The notes: generated from the sequence alone by a model not told the origin. DNA of 64,000 nt from Candidatus Roizmanbacteria bacterium (GCA_024654535.1 JANLHL010000038.1:105581-169580), one strand, 5' to 3'. Numbered from the stretch's first letter, positions 37,545 through 46,805 are shown. Program-made: numbers and translations.

Positions 37545-37621
37545 TGGTCGGGATGGCCGGACTTGAACCGGCGACCTTACGCACCCCATGCGTACGTTCT
37601 AGCCATCTGAACTACATCCCG
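37545..37621 (-). tRNA. tRNA-Pro (anticodon GGG), CCA encoded
   Basis: Minus strand: CGGGATG TA GTTC AGATGGCTA GAAC G TACGC ATGGGGT GCGTA AGGTC GCCGG TTCAAGT CCGGC CATCCCG A CCA. All four stems are perfect. Confidence 0.9.
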
Positions 37622-37697
37622 AGTATATGTATTTTATCATGCGCACGAATATCTTAGGCAAGGTATACTATGTGTGTTATACGTTATAAAAAGAACC

Positions 37698-37958
37698 ATG
37701 GATGAAAAGAAAAAACCAGACATGTCTATAAACATAAATTTGGATACCACACCTATTTTGTATACCGATAATATTTTCATGACGGTGAATGAAGATGGCG
37801 TGGTGTTGGATATAGCCCAAAAACTGGGGCCAACTAACCAAGTGCGTATAGTCTCGCGTATCGGCATGAGCAAAGACCACGCACAAAAATTCCTAAAAGA
37901 AATGGGAAAACTGTTGGTCATGAACCAGGGGCAGATAGAAACGGGAAGAAAGAATTAA
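37698..37958 (+). CDS. small cytoplasmic protein, DUF3467-like
   Basis: ATG at 37698 (MDEKKKPDMSININLDTTPILYTDNIFMTVNEDGVVLDIAQKLGPTNQVRIVSRIGMSKDHAQKFL...). The pattern YTDNIFMTVNEDGVVLDI resembles the DUF3467 core. The track start is GTG at 37674. Confidence 0.5.
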   Translation: MDEKKKPDMSININLDTTPILYTDNIFMTVNEDGVVLDIAQKLGPTNQVRIVSRIGMSKDHAQKFLKEMGKLLVMNQGQIETGRKN

Positions 37959-38266
37959 AACGTGCTGCGCATGCCACTCATTTGAGCTGCGCCAGCGCCA
38001 GCACCACCGAGAGCCATGGCTAGCAAACCAAATCCTTCTGCCAAATTTGCCGCTACGTCAGGCATTTTGTTTGTCTCGGTAATTGGAACGCCATCCGTGA
38101 GTGTGTTTGCCGGTACACCTTGATTTATTTTATACAATACTCCCGCACCAGTGAGGGCTAATGCAATGCTTCCTACAGTAATTGCATATCTCAATTTATC
38201 ACCCGGCGATAACCGATTATGATTACTTGCTATCTGATGTGGAATTCGTCTTATAGTATCTAACAT
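37955..38266 (-). CDS. small 2-TM membrane protein
   Basis: 103 aa with two Gly/Ala-rich hydrophobic segments. Stop codons of the convergent pair overlap (ttaa at 37955-37958). No recognisable motif. Confidence 0.4.
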   Translation of the reverse strand: MLDTIRRIPHQIASNHNRLSPGDKLRYAITVGSIALALTGAGVLYKINQGVPANTLTDGVPITETNKMPDVAANLAEGFGLLAMALGGAGAGAAQMSGMRSTF

Positions 38267-38309
38267 ATGCTGTTATTATATCATATTTCCAAGGGAAATT
38301 ATGCATGGT

Positions 38310-39752
38310 TTATATCTTTTTACGTTTGTTCTTTGGTACGAGCTTCACGACGACTCCCTGATACTGATCGGGGCCGTTATATATGCTGAGAGTTTCTTTC
38401 TGATTCTTTTCTAGGTACTGTGGTAAGAAATCTCCATATACATAATCATAACTGCCATTGTATATAACGTAGTCAGAATCATCGAGCATCTGTATATATA
38501 TTTCTTTGAACCCTGGCAATCCTAAGAATTGATATATGTTGATTGTTGGATCTTTTTTGAGAGCAAAATAGGGATCGGGAATACTCGAGATAAGAACAGT
38601 ACTGTGCGATGGAATTGAGCGCGCCACACTTTCTGTATAGACAGCGTATGAAAAACTTGATCCTCCATACTGTCCGATAGTACGCCAGACTAATACTATG
38701 CTTGCGAGGCTCATGAGAGCAAAAACAGATAGAATTTGTAGAAAATTTTTAGATTTTTTTTGTATTTTCTCAGATAAAATACTGCCATAACCGAGAAGTA
38801 AAAATGGTACCACGTAGACTTCGTACCAAAACTGTTTTCCAACGAGTATAAAGACCCATGAAACAATCAAACCTACCACTATAAAGGGGTGGACTGCTAT
38901 AGGTTCTAATAGTGCAAATACAAGTACCAAGATTGAGCCAAGAACCAAGGATAATTGTACATACGCCCTCATTCTATCTGAATCGTGAGTTATTTGATAA
39001 AAAAGGTTGGTCTCCAACTGCTTCCTCAGTGTTTGAATGTGCATTCCCTTTGAAAATATTTCAAAATCGAAGTGCAGTACAGAGAACCACCACAGAATGC
39101 ATATTGCTATAGGAATGGCAAAGAGCAATATGGATGTTAACAGCGATTTTTTGTTTTTAATGTTAATGAGCATGTATATGCCTATAACAAAGCCACCAAT
39201 AATACCATACGGTTGGAGTAGTACAGACAAACCTATACTCAATCCTGCAATACTATACCTCCACCATTTCTTTGTGCCAAGAATAAGTGTATATGCGATT
39301 GAATGGAGAAAGAGAATATATATCTCTGGTCTGCCAAAATGAGAGGCTCGCATAAACGTAAAATTAGTAAAGAAAAACAAGGCCAAGAGAGATAGCGAAA
39401 GTGGGCTAAACTTAAATATTTTCTTACCAAGATATATGATGCTTACATATAACACCCCTAGACTGGCAATAAACGCGAAAGTACGCTGTACATATGGTCC
39501 AAATCCAAACAGTTTATATAGTGCTGCATAGATATGAAACAAAAGGGGAGGGTACATAGTTATAACCGTATTACTACTCAGTACGTTTCCTAATAAGGAA
39601 GTTCCATAGACAGTATGATGCAATAGATTGTAGGCAACGTCTGCATACCATGTTTCATCCGGCCATATTTGGGGAAAATTCATAAACAGAAGCACATTAA
39701 TCAAGAAGTATATCGATGCGCCAACTATACTAACAATGAAGTATTTTTTCAT
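38310..39752 (-). CDS. PMT_2/ArnT-family membrane glycosyltransferase
   Basis: 480 aa. Motifs IWPDETWYADVAYNL and MYPPLLFHIYAAL, about 11 TM helices, C-terminal soluble domain. ATGA-coupled to the ArnC-like GT2 upstream. Confidence 0.72.
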   Translation of the reverse strand: MKKYFIVSIVGASIYFLINVLLFMNFPQIWPDETWYADVAYNLLHHTVYGTSLLGNVLSSNTVITMYPPLLFHIYAALYKLFGFGPYVQRTFAFIASLGVLYVSIIYLGKKIFKFSPLSLSLLALFFFTNFTFMRASHFGRPEIYILFLHSIAYTLILGTKKWWRYSIAGLSIGLSVLLQPYGIIGGFVIGIYMLINIKNKKSLLTSILLFAIPIAICILWWFSVLHFDFEIFSKGMHIQTLRKQLETNLFYQITHDSDRMRAYVQLSLVLGSILVLVFALLEPIAVHPFIVVGLIVSWVFILVGKQFWYEVYVVPFLLLGYGSILSEKIQKKSKNFLQILSVFALMSLASIVLVWRTIGQYGGSSFSYAVYTESVARSIPSHSTVLISSIPDPYFALKKDPTINIYQFLGLPGFKEIYIQMLDDSDYVIYNGSYDYVYGDFLPQYLEKNQKETLSIYNGPDQYQGVVVKLVPKNKRKKI

Positions 39753-40687
39753 GAACGCGTTTTTCGTTCAATTTTTTTCACTATATATTGCGGTCTCTTT
39801 TTTACTTCTTCAATTATCTTACCTATATATTGTCCGATAATACTTATTGCAAAGAGCTGTAGTGAGCACGCTGCTAGTATGGCGAGAAATACACTTATTT
39901 CAAATATAGAATCATGAGGGTGGGCATACTTCCATATAATCGTTGAACCAGCACCTATAAGAAACAATCCGAGAATAACAACAGATAACAACGTAATAAA
40001 CTCAAGCGGTGCGGTAGAAAATGAAAAAATTGCTTTGAATGCCCATTGTATATTTTTGCCAAAATTATTTGTCGTCTTGCCAAACATGCGTTCGGGTCGT
40101 GTATAAGCAATACCTTTTTGGCGAAAACCCACCCATGCCCGAAGCCCTCGTAAAAAATAATCTCGTTCAGGAAACGTAGTCAGGATATCAACGACGCGTC
40201 TATCTATTAGAGAGAAATCTCCTGCATCGTTCGGAATATTAATGAATGCTAAGCGCTTAAAGATACGGTAAAATAATTTATACGAGAACTGCATAAGCAA
40301 CGGTGCTTGGCGTTTTGTACGTACTCCATAGATCACGTCATAACCTTTTTTCCAGTGCGTATAGAACGTAGCGATGAGTTCTGGTGGATCTTGTAAATCT
40401 CCATCTAAAAGTACGACAGCTTTACCTTTTGATACACGCATTCCACTTAAGAATGCCATTTGAGAACTGAAGTTTCGAGAGTGGTGCACTGCGATAACAT
40501 GTGGATCTTTATTGACAAGCGTGTGTAGTATTGTCCCAGTTTTATCAGGGCTGCCATCATTAACAAATATTATTTCGTAGGGTATTTTTAGTTTTTTCAA
40601 AACAACGCTGAGTCTTTTGTACATTATTTCAATAGCTAGTTCGTCTTTATAGCATGCGATGATGGCAGAGATTATTGGTGTGCGCAT
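39749..40687 (-). CDS. polyprenol-monophosphate sugar synthase, GT2 (ArnC/GtrB-type)
   Basis: Motifs ISAIIACYKDE, FVNDGSPDKT, DGDLQDPPE, YFLRGL, two C-terminal TM helices, GQYIGKII. Confidence 0.85.
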   Translation of the reverse strand: MRTPIISAIIACYKDELAIEIMYKRLSVVLKKLKIPYEIIFVNDGSPDKTGTILHTLVNKDPHVIAVHHSRNFSSQMAFLSGMRVSKGKAVVLLDGDLQDPPELIATFYTHWKKGYDVIYGVRTKRQAPLLMQFSYKLFYRIFKRLAFINIPNDAGDFSLIDRRVVDILTTFPERDYFLRGLRAWVGFRQKGIAYTRPERMFGKTTNNFGKNIQWAFKAIFSFSTAPLEFITLLSVVILGLFLIGAGSTIIWKYAHPHDSIFEISVFLAILAACSLQLFAISIIGQYIGKIIEEVKKRPQYIVKKIERKTRS

Positions 40688-40689
40688 TT

Positions 40690-41175
40690 TTATCGTTCAA
40701 GATTAATATAACAGGGAGCATTATTTTTAACGACTTCCTGTACTAGAAGCGGTATCTCTTCGTCTTTTATCGGCCAATAGCCATTGATATTGTGTAATAC
40801 TCGGAGCACCTCTTTGTCTTCAGGTGCCCAATGTGAAAATCCATCACGCTCATAATCTTTATTTCTACCAGAACCTATTATCTTTACCGGAATATGCTCG
40901 TGATGTATATAGTTTCTGATAGTTTCAAAAGCTCGGTACAGCACAAAGCTAGAAATCGAATAGACAAAAGGAATTTTCCCCTTCAGTGCTAATCCCACGC
41001 CAATTCCCATCATGGCTTGTTCTGCAGCACCGACATTAATAAATCGTTCTGGAAATGAATCACGTATTTCATCCCACATTTTGTACCCTAAATCGCCCGT
41101 CACGATCCATATGTTGGTATTTTTCTCCATTGCTACATACAGTTCATCCGCAAACAACCGCTTCATATGTCTCAT
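40690..41175 (-). CDS. transketolase-like ThDP enzyme, pyrimidine-binding (Pyr) domain subunit, lacking the usual C-terminal TK domain
   Basis: About 161 aa from Met13 (41175). Motifs FINVGAAEQAMMGIGVGLALKG and PFVYSISSFVLYRAFETIRN match the transketolase/DXS Pyr domain. The protein ends straight after this domain. Confidence 0.7.
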   Translation of the reverse strand: MRHMKRLFADELYVAMEKNTNIWIVTGDLGYKMWDEIRDSFPERFINVGAAEQAMMGIGVGLALKGKIPFVYSISSFVLYRAFETIRNYIHHEHIPVKIIGSGRNKDYERDGFSHWAPEDKEVLRVLHNINGYWPIKDEEIPLLVQEVVKNNAPCYINLER

Positions 41176-41176
41176 A

Positions 41177-41884
41177 TTATGAATATATTTTTTTAGCCAA
41201 CAAATAATCACTATCAGTCATGACATAATAATGTGCATCTTGACCTTTGAGAAAAGGTAGTTGTTCATTTTTTGTACGCGAAATAATGATAGTCGGTTCT
41301 TTCCGTTTTTTTTGAATTTCTTGTGTAAGGTTGGACAAGTCGTGTCCATTGACATGCACTGTTTTTAGTCCAAAACCAGCAATTTGTGCATATAGTTTGG
41401 TCAATTCAATCTCTTGGTACGCCCCCCACCCATTTGCATTGAGAATGATAGTTAAATTGGTCATCTTCCTTTCACGAATAATACGAAAACTTTCCCATAT
41501 ACTACCCTCACTACATTCTCCGTCTGAGATCATGCAATATACTTGTTTGTTTTTATCTGCAAGCGCCATACCAATGGCAATAGGGAGACCTTGTCCGAGA
41601 CTGCCAGTTGATACGTTTATTCCATATTTATTACATCGATCAGGGTGAACGAATAACTTTTCAAGAACCGCCGTTGGTAAAATACCGAGGGACTCAAGTA
41701 CGACATATTGCGCTACCCCTGCATGTCCATTTGAAAGAACAAATGGTTCATCTGGTTTTTTAATTGAATACAGTACCCACAAGGCATCAATGGCTGTTAA
41801 GCAGGATCCTAAATGTGACGAGTGCCACATATGAGATACTTCAATAATTCGTGCACGAAGTTTTTTTTGAGTTACGTTAAGCAT
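41177..41884 (-). CDS. transketolase-like ThDP enzyme, N-terminal diphosphate-binding (PP) subunit
   Basis: Motifs SSHLGSCLTAIDALWVLY, GSLGQGLPIAIGMALA, ISDGECSEGSIWES (GDG-type ThDP/Mg motif variant). ATG at 41884; the track start is TTG at 41896. Confidence 0.75.
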   Translation of the reverse strand: MLNVTQKKLRARIIEVSHMWHSSHLGSCLTAIDALWVLYSIKKPDEPFVLSNGHAGVAQYVVLESLGILPTAVLEKLFVHPDRCNKYGINVSTGSLGQGLPIAIGMALADKNKQVYCMISDGECSEGSIWESFRIIRERKMTNLTIILNANGWGAYQEIELTKLYAQIAGFGLKTVHVNGHDLSNLTQEIQKKRKEPTIIISRTKNEQLPFLKGQDAHYYVMTDSDYLLAKKIYS

Positions 41885-42779
41885 GTTTTTGTGCAATTAT
41901 ACAGATATTTCCTAAAGGTAACCATAGGGATACTTTTAGTACAGCCTGCAAGGGTCTTGATCGGTGCAAAAGAACATATTTTTTAAATGATTTGGGCAGT
42001 GGAGCTAAGTGCAGTATGTGGCGCAGAGATACATAGTTAAATGGCTTATGAAGAGAGATTACTGAGAATTTATTTTTTTTGACGAGCGTGGTTAACGTGG
42101 AGGGCGAATACAAAAAAGTATGTTCAATGTCTATGATTGGGCTTTTTTCTTTTAATAAACGTGCTGATACGCTCTGTACATTGTGTAAGAAGAATATAAT
42201 CATTCCGTTTTCTTTGAGCAACGAATGGCAGATTGATAAAAATGTATTTGGATCGGGGATATGGTCGAGTGTTTGAAAACAGAGTATATAGTCAAAGAAT
42301 TTCTCAGGAAATGTATCTCTTTTTAAGAGACCTCTTGTAATGTTATTACGAATTTTAGGTTCTGCTTTCGCGATTGCGTTTCTACTTGGTTCAATACCAA
42401 ATACCTGTTTGAATCCCTTTTTTCGAAGTGCGGATAACATGAACCCATTTCCACAGCCTATTTCAAGAATTGATGCTTTTGTACGGGTAGAAAGTACAGG
42501 GAGAACCTCGTGTAAGTATGTAGTTGTGAGTTGTTCAAGCTCACCTGTATACGTGAACTCACTTTTATTGTAAAGAGACTCCAGTATTCTCGTATCCATA
42601 ATGGGGTTTGACCGAACGAGCCCATCTTTTTTACATTGCACAATTTGGTAATGTATGCGATCGGGAAGTCTTCGTGCAGAGAAAGTTTTGACGTTAATAT
42701 CTGACTTGTTAAAATTAGCTTTGTATAGCACCGTATAATTGTCCTTAGAATTACAGAGGGGGCAACTCGTTTTATTCAT
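41877..42779 (-). CDS. class I SAM-dependent methyltransferase with N-terminal Cys4 zinc ribbon (sugar C/O-methyltransferase-like)
   Basis: CPLCNS...CKKDG zinc ribbon. Motif I is ILEIGCGNGFM. FDYILCFQTLDHIPDP. The architecture recalls NDP-hexose methyltransferases with a Zn-binding N-domain. Confidence 0.72.
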   Translation of the reverse strand: MNKTSCPLCNSKDNYTVLYKANFNKSDINVKTFSARRLPDRIHYQIVQCKKDGLVRSNPIMDTRILESLYNKSEFTYTGELEQLTTTYLHEVLPVLSTRTKASILEIGCGNGFMLSALRKKGFKQVFGIEPSRNAIAKAEPKIRNNITRGLLKRDTFPEKFFDYILCFQTLDHIPDPNTFLSICHSLLKENGMIIFFLHNVQSVSARLLKEKSPIIDIEHTFLYSPSTLTTLVKKNKFSVISLHKPFNYVSLRHILHLAPLPKSFKKYVLLHRSRPLQAVLKVSLWLPLGNICIIAQKHA

Positions 42780-43713
42780 GTAAGTAAAGAATGTGATTTT
42801 TTTTGTACCACTGCCAAAATAATAGTAGGCCTTTTGTTAGACTTGTCTGTGGCTTCCATTGCAAAAGTTTTTTTGACTTTGCTATATCTGCTACCCACGT
42901 TGTAGCATCCCATATACGTTTTGGCATGCTGCCCCAATCGCATACTGTTGATACTTTGGTTATTTTAAAAGCTTTTTGTACGACTGTTTCTAAAGATGAT
43001 TGTATGCCTGTACCAATGTTAAAAACTTCTCCTGGATATTTTTGTAAATATGAAACAGCCATATAGGCGTCAAGAATATCATCGATATATATAAAATCGC
43101 GCGCTATAGATGGGTCGACAAGTTTCATCGTTTTTTGAGAATACAGACAATTCATGAGTTGTGGCATAAATCGAGTAGGTTCTTCGTATGGTCCATATAC
43201 TGAAAATGGTCGAATAGTCACTATTGGTTTGTTGAGCTTTCTTGCTTCATAGGCGCACATGAGTGTTTGTGCAGCTTTCGTTGTCGCATAGTAGCTTGCA
43301 GGTTCGAGTATATCTGTTTCTTTCATAGGCTTATCCTTAAAGCCATACTCAGACGAACTACCAGTGTTAACAAATAATTCATAGTCATATTTTTCAGTAG
43401 CTTTTAACAAATTCCATGTACCTTCGATATTTGTTTTAATAGCGCTCCTTCCATCTTGTTGATTGGGATACGCGCCGTAAGCGGCAAAATGATAAATTAT
43501 TGAAGGACGTGACTTTTTTATAATTCTGACAAGTTCTTTTTCTTTTGAAAAATCCGCTGAGTGTACAGTAACTTGACTTAGAATATCCTGTATCCTCCAC
43601 AGATTTGCTTGTGGTCTGAGTAGAATGTGGACATTGTTTCCTTCATTTACAAGCCTTCGAACCATGCATGAACCAATAAATCCAGAAGCTCCCGTAACGA
43701 AGTATGTTTTCAT
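42772..43713 (-). CDS. NAD-dependent epimerase/dehydratase (extended SDR)
   Basis: Motifs VTGASGFIGSCMV, GSSSEYG, YYATTKAA (YxxxK), RPFSVYGPYE. Confidence 0.8.
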   Translation of the reverse strand: MKTYFVTGASGFIGSCMVRRLVNEGNNVHILLRPQANLWRIQDILSQVTVHSADFSKEKELVRIIKKSRPSIIYHFAAYGAYPNQQDGRSAIKTNIEGTWNLLKATEKYDYELFVNTGSSSEYGFKDKPMKETDILEPASYYATTKAAQTLMCAYEARKLNKPIVTIRPFSVYGPYEEPTRFMPQLMNCLYSQKTMKLVDPSIARDFIYIDDILDAYMAVSYLQKYPGEVFNIGTGIQSSLETVVQKAFKITKVSTVCDWGSMPKRIWDATTWVADIAKSKKLLQWKPQTSLTKGLLLFWQWYKKNHILYLHE

Positions 43714-43719
43714 AGTGAC

Positions 43720-45825
43720 TTAATGAGCGAGTATAGCAAAATTAATACTTTTATTAAATCGAGGAAAGAAAGCTGTTCCGATATGTTCTCCTGGAGAAAT
43801 ATGGACATAAGACGATTCTTGTTTCAATGTTCCTGAAATAGTTGCACTTGAATATGGCTCAATCACAAGAGGGACTATGATATCTGTTGAAATCTTTGTA
43901 TCACCGACTTGTATATGGGAGGTGAGATATCGTTTATCATAGAGACTTTGTATAACACATCTCTCTTTGTTTGTTATGGTAAGTGTATACGGTAATAGAG
44001 TCAATTGTGGAACTGCATTTGGAAAATTTATCGAAATAGAAACGTTAGGTTTTACACATAATGGAGGTATTGAAGACTCTTTACTGGTACTCAGTATCAA
44101 AGTTTTTTCATCTTTATACACGGTAAGAGTTTTAGCATACGTATTGTCGAGTATTTTTTTCTGCAGCTTTTCGGTAAGTGAATCAAGGTGCACAATGACA
44201 TATTGAACACCGATACTTCCTAGGTAACGAATAAACGTATCGTTAATTGTTTTACTTTTTTCCAAAATATTTTGATATTCAATGGGTGTGAAAGCACTAT
44301 AGCCATTTACTGTTTTTTCATGGGTATATAGTGCCCAATTAACATAACCTAGCTCTTTCCATTGCACATCTTTTGTATACATAGGTAGGTGCAGGGTCGG
44401 AATATCGTAAAGCTTTTGAAAAGTCCTTGGATTTTCTCTTAAATACGTCTGTATCTGGGCAATTCGTTGGGATTGTTCGGTAAAGGTTATTTGGACAATA
44501 TTTTCTGCAACAATAACAGACATTAGTATTGCTGTGGCAAAAGAGTACAGCCAGTGTCTATTTATATTCTTTTTAATAAAAAGCATGCCATATGCACATA
44601 CGAGAGAGAAAGGAATGTAAAAGATGTGTTGAAACCGAGTTGGTACACGCAGAGCGCGAAGAGGAAATAGTAGATCATACATATAGTAATAAAGTAATGG
44701 GTGAGGGACTGTGTTTGGTGGATCATTCCATCCAGTATAAACTGGACCGAAGGTAAGCAAAGCACTAACAATAAAAACGGCACCAAAACCTATCGCAGCA
44801 TTTTTGCTAAGTGCACCTTTTTTTATTTTAATAACGTAGAGGAGCCCAAATATGAGTAAGAGTGATGGAACAATATTAAGAAACAGCGTGTGTTCACTGT
44901 AGTTGAAACCTACTATGTCTTTTGGAAAGCGGTTGTCGTTTACATGAGTATGATCTTGAACGTAGAGCATATTTCGCGGATCTGGCGATACCCAATCTAT
45001 ACCCCTGGCAGAAAAATGGATTGTTTCTATTATACTGCGAGTAATGGACTCTTTGTGAGAAAATGATAAGTATGGTTTAGTGATAAAGTAAATAAATGGG
45101 ATATAGATAATAACAACAATACTTGTTATAAGGAGCTTATGTATATAGGGTAATCCTTCTTTAAATTTACTAAAGAGAATTGGAGCACAGAAAATAGGTA
45201 TGAAAATTAAGGTGAAAACCCCGTAGTAAACTGCAGTAAGCCAATTGAGTGTTAAAACTCCATAAAATATAATTGCAGAGCGCCACGATGGGGAACGTAT
45301 ATATCTATAGCCCCACAAAAACACGAGCGGCAAAAAATATCGTTGCAGCAGATCAGCATGGTGCGGAAAGCTTGCAAATACCAGTGGGTTATAGGTAAAT
45401 ATAAGTGCACCAATCAACGATGCGTATGTATTTTTTACAAAGTATCGAATCGTTACAAAAGAGCTTATATACGTTAATACAAAGGACAGCACAATAACGA
45501 GATTGAAGGATAGAATAATATGATTTGTTAAAATATAGAGTGGAGTAAATAAAACAAGGCCAGGGAAAAACATATGGTCAGAATAGGCAAACGAATTCGA
45601 GAAAGGATAAAATTGATTACTCGTAAAAAATTGTTGCATATTGAAGAGTGATCCATTTTTTAATGCCTCGGCGATATGCCACATCGTCCACCCTCCATAG
45701 GCGTGGTCGGAAGCGTCTGAGTAGTAGGTTGAGAGGTGTGCAGACAGAGGCCATGTTAATATGACTGCTAACACTAGGGCAAGTATACATAGATATAGCC
45801 AGTGAAATTTGTATAGTTTTGCCAC
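43720..45825 (-). CDS. large (701 aa) polytopic membrane protein, COG5617/YfhO-like GT-C candidate with C-terminal soluble domain
   Basis: GTG start. The N-terminal region YYSDASDHAYGGWTMWHIAEAL...FYPFSNSFAYSDHMFFPG resembles 10910-12634. About 13 TM helices and a C-terminal domain of about 230 aa. Confidence 0.55.
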   Translation of the reverse strand: MAKLYKFHWLYLCILALVLAVILTWPLSAHLSTYYSDASDHAYGGWTMWHIAEALKNGSLFNMQQFFTSNQFYPFSNSFAYSDHMFFPGLVLFTPLYILTNHIILSFNLVIVLSFVLTYISSFVTIRYFVKNTYASLIGALIFTYNPLVFASFPHHADLLQRYFLPLVFLWGYRYIRSPSWRSAIIFYGVLTLNWLTAVYYGVFTLIFIPIFCAPILFSKFKEGLPYIHKLLITSIVVIIYIPFIYFITKPYLSFSHKESITRSIIETIHFSARGIDWVSPDPRNMLYVQDHTHVNDNRFPKDIVGFNYSEHTLFLNIVPSLLLIFGLLYVIKIKKGALSKNAAIGFGAVFIVSALLTFGPVYTGWNDPPNTVPHPLLYYYMYDLLFPLRALRVPTRFQHIFYIPFSLVCAYGMLFIKKNINRHWLYSFATAILMSVIVAENIVQITFTEQSQRIAQIQTYLRENPRTFQKLYDIPTLHLPMYTKDVQWKELGYVNWALYTHEKTVNGYSAFTPIEYQNILEKSKTINDTFIRYLGSIGVQYVIVHLDSLTEKLQKKILDNTYAKTLTVYKDEKTLILSTSKESSIPPLCVKPNVSISINFPNAVPQLTLLPYTLTITNKERCVIQSLYDKRYLTSHIQVGDTKISTDIIVPLVIEPYSSATISGTLKQESSYVHISPGEHIGTAFFPRFNKSINFAILAH

Positions 45826-45826
45826 T

Positions 45827-46366
45827 CTAGATATTTACTTTATAACGGTGTGCATATTTTTTACGTAAAGACGAGATCTTTGGTGAAATAATTATTTGGC
45901 AGTACGGCTGGTTGGAATTTTTTATGTAATACTTTCTATGATAACTTTCAGCCTCGTAGAACTTTATCAGAGGTTTAATCTCTGTTACTATATGCCCTGA
46001 AAATTCATCTTTGTTCAACTTTTCCATTATGCTCCTTGCCTCTTTTTTCTGTGTCTTACTTGTGTACAAAATAATTGAACGATATTGACTTCCAACATCG
46101 TTTCCTTGTCTATTTTTAGTAGTGGGATTATGAATATGAAAAAAAATATCGAGCAGATTTTCGTATTGAATTGTCATTGGGTCAAATTCTATACGTGTAA
46201 CTTCAGCGTGTCCAGTGTCTCCAGAACAAATTTGCTCATAGGTAGGGTCAATGCTTTTTCCACCTGCATAGCCTGGAGATACTGAGACAACTCCTTTCAA
46301 TCTGCTAAATAGGGCTTCTGTGCACCAGAAACAACCAGCTCCAAAGATAGCAATATCTTTGTTCAT
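45827..46366 (-). CDS. msrA: peptide-methionine (S)-S-oxide reductase
   Basis: GAGCFWCTEALF (catalytic Cys motif), GHAEVTRIEFDP, DVGSQYRS. Confidence 0.9.
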   Translation of the reverse strand: MNKDIAIFGAGCFWCTEALFSRLKGVVSVSPGYAGGKSIDPTYEQICSGDTGHAEVTRIEFDPMTIQYENLLDIFFHIHNPTTKNRQGNDVGSQYRSIILYTSKTQKKEARSIMEKLNKDEFSGHIVTEIKPLIKFYEAESYHRKYYIKNSNQPYCQIIISPKISSLRKKYAHRYKVNI

Positions 46367-46743
46367 TTTTTAGGTACAAACTGTAGTGACAGAGAGTTCA
46401 CGCAGTGACGAGTATTTTTTTTTGTAAAATTCTCACCTACAAACACGTGTCCAAGATGAGCCTTGCAGGTTGAACATTGTATTTCTGTACGTATACCATC
46501 GGAATCTGGAATATGTATAACTGCATCTTTTATTTCCTGGTCAAAGCTTGGCCATCCACATCCAGAATGGAACTTGTTATTTGAAATATAAAGCGGTGCG
46601 TTGCATCTGCGGCAAGCATAGATACCTTCCTCAAAAAAAGCATCAAATTTACCGCTGAATGGTTGCTCTGTGCCTTTATGAATTATTATTTTTTCTTCTT
46701 CTTCGGTAAGTGAATTGAGCAGCATTACGTTACTATACTGCAT
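46363..46743 (-). CDS. msrB: peptide-methionine (R)-S-oxide reductase
   Basis: CRRCNAPLY, GCGWPSF, CSTCKAHLGHVF, RHCVNS (catalytic Cys). Confidence 0.9.
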   Translation of the reverse strand: MQYSNVMLLNSLTEEEEKIIIHKGTEQPFSGKFDAFFEEGIYACRRCNAPLYISNNKFHSGCGWPSFDQEIKDAVIHIPDSDGIRTEIQCSTCKAHLGHVFVGENFTKKNTRHCVNSLSLQFVPKK

Positions 46744-46805
46744 TGAAATGGTTATAACAACTTTAGTAGCTGCACTATTTTAGATACTGTGATAGTATTA
46801 TCCTT

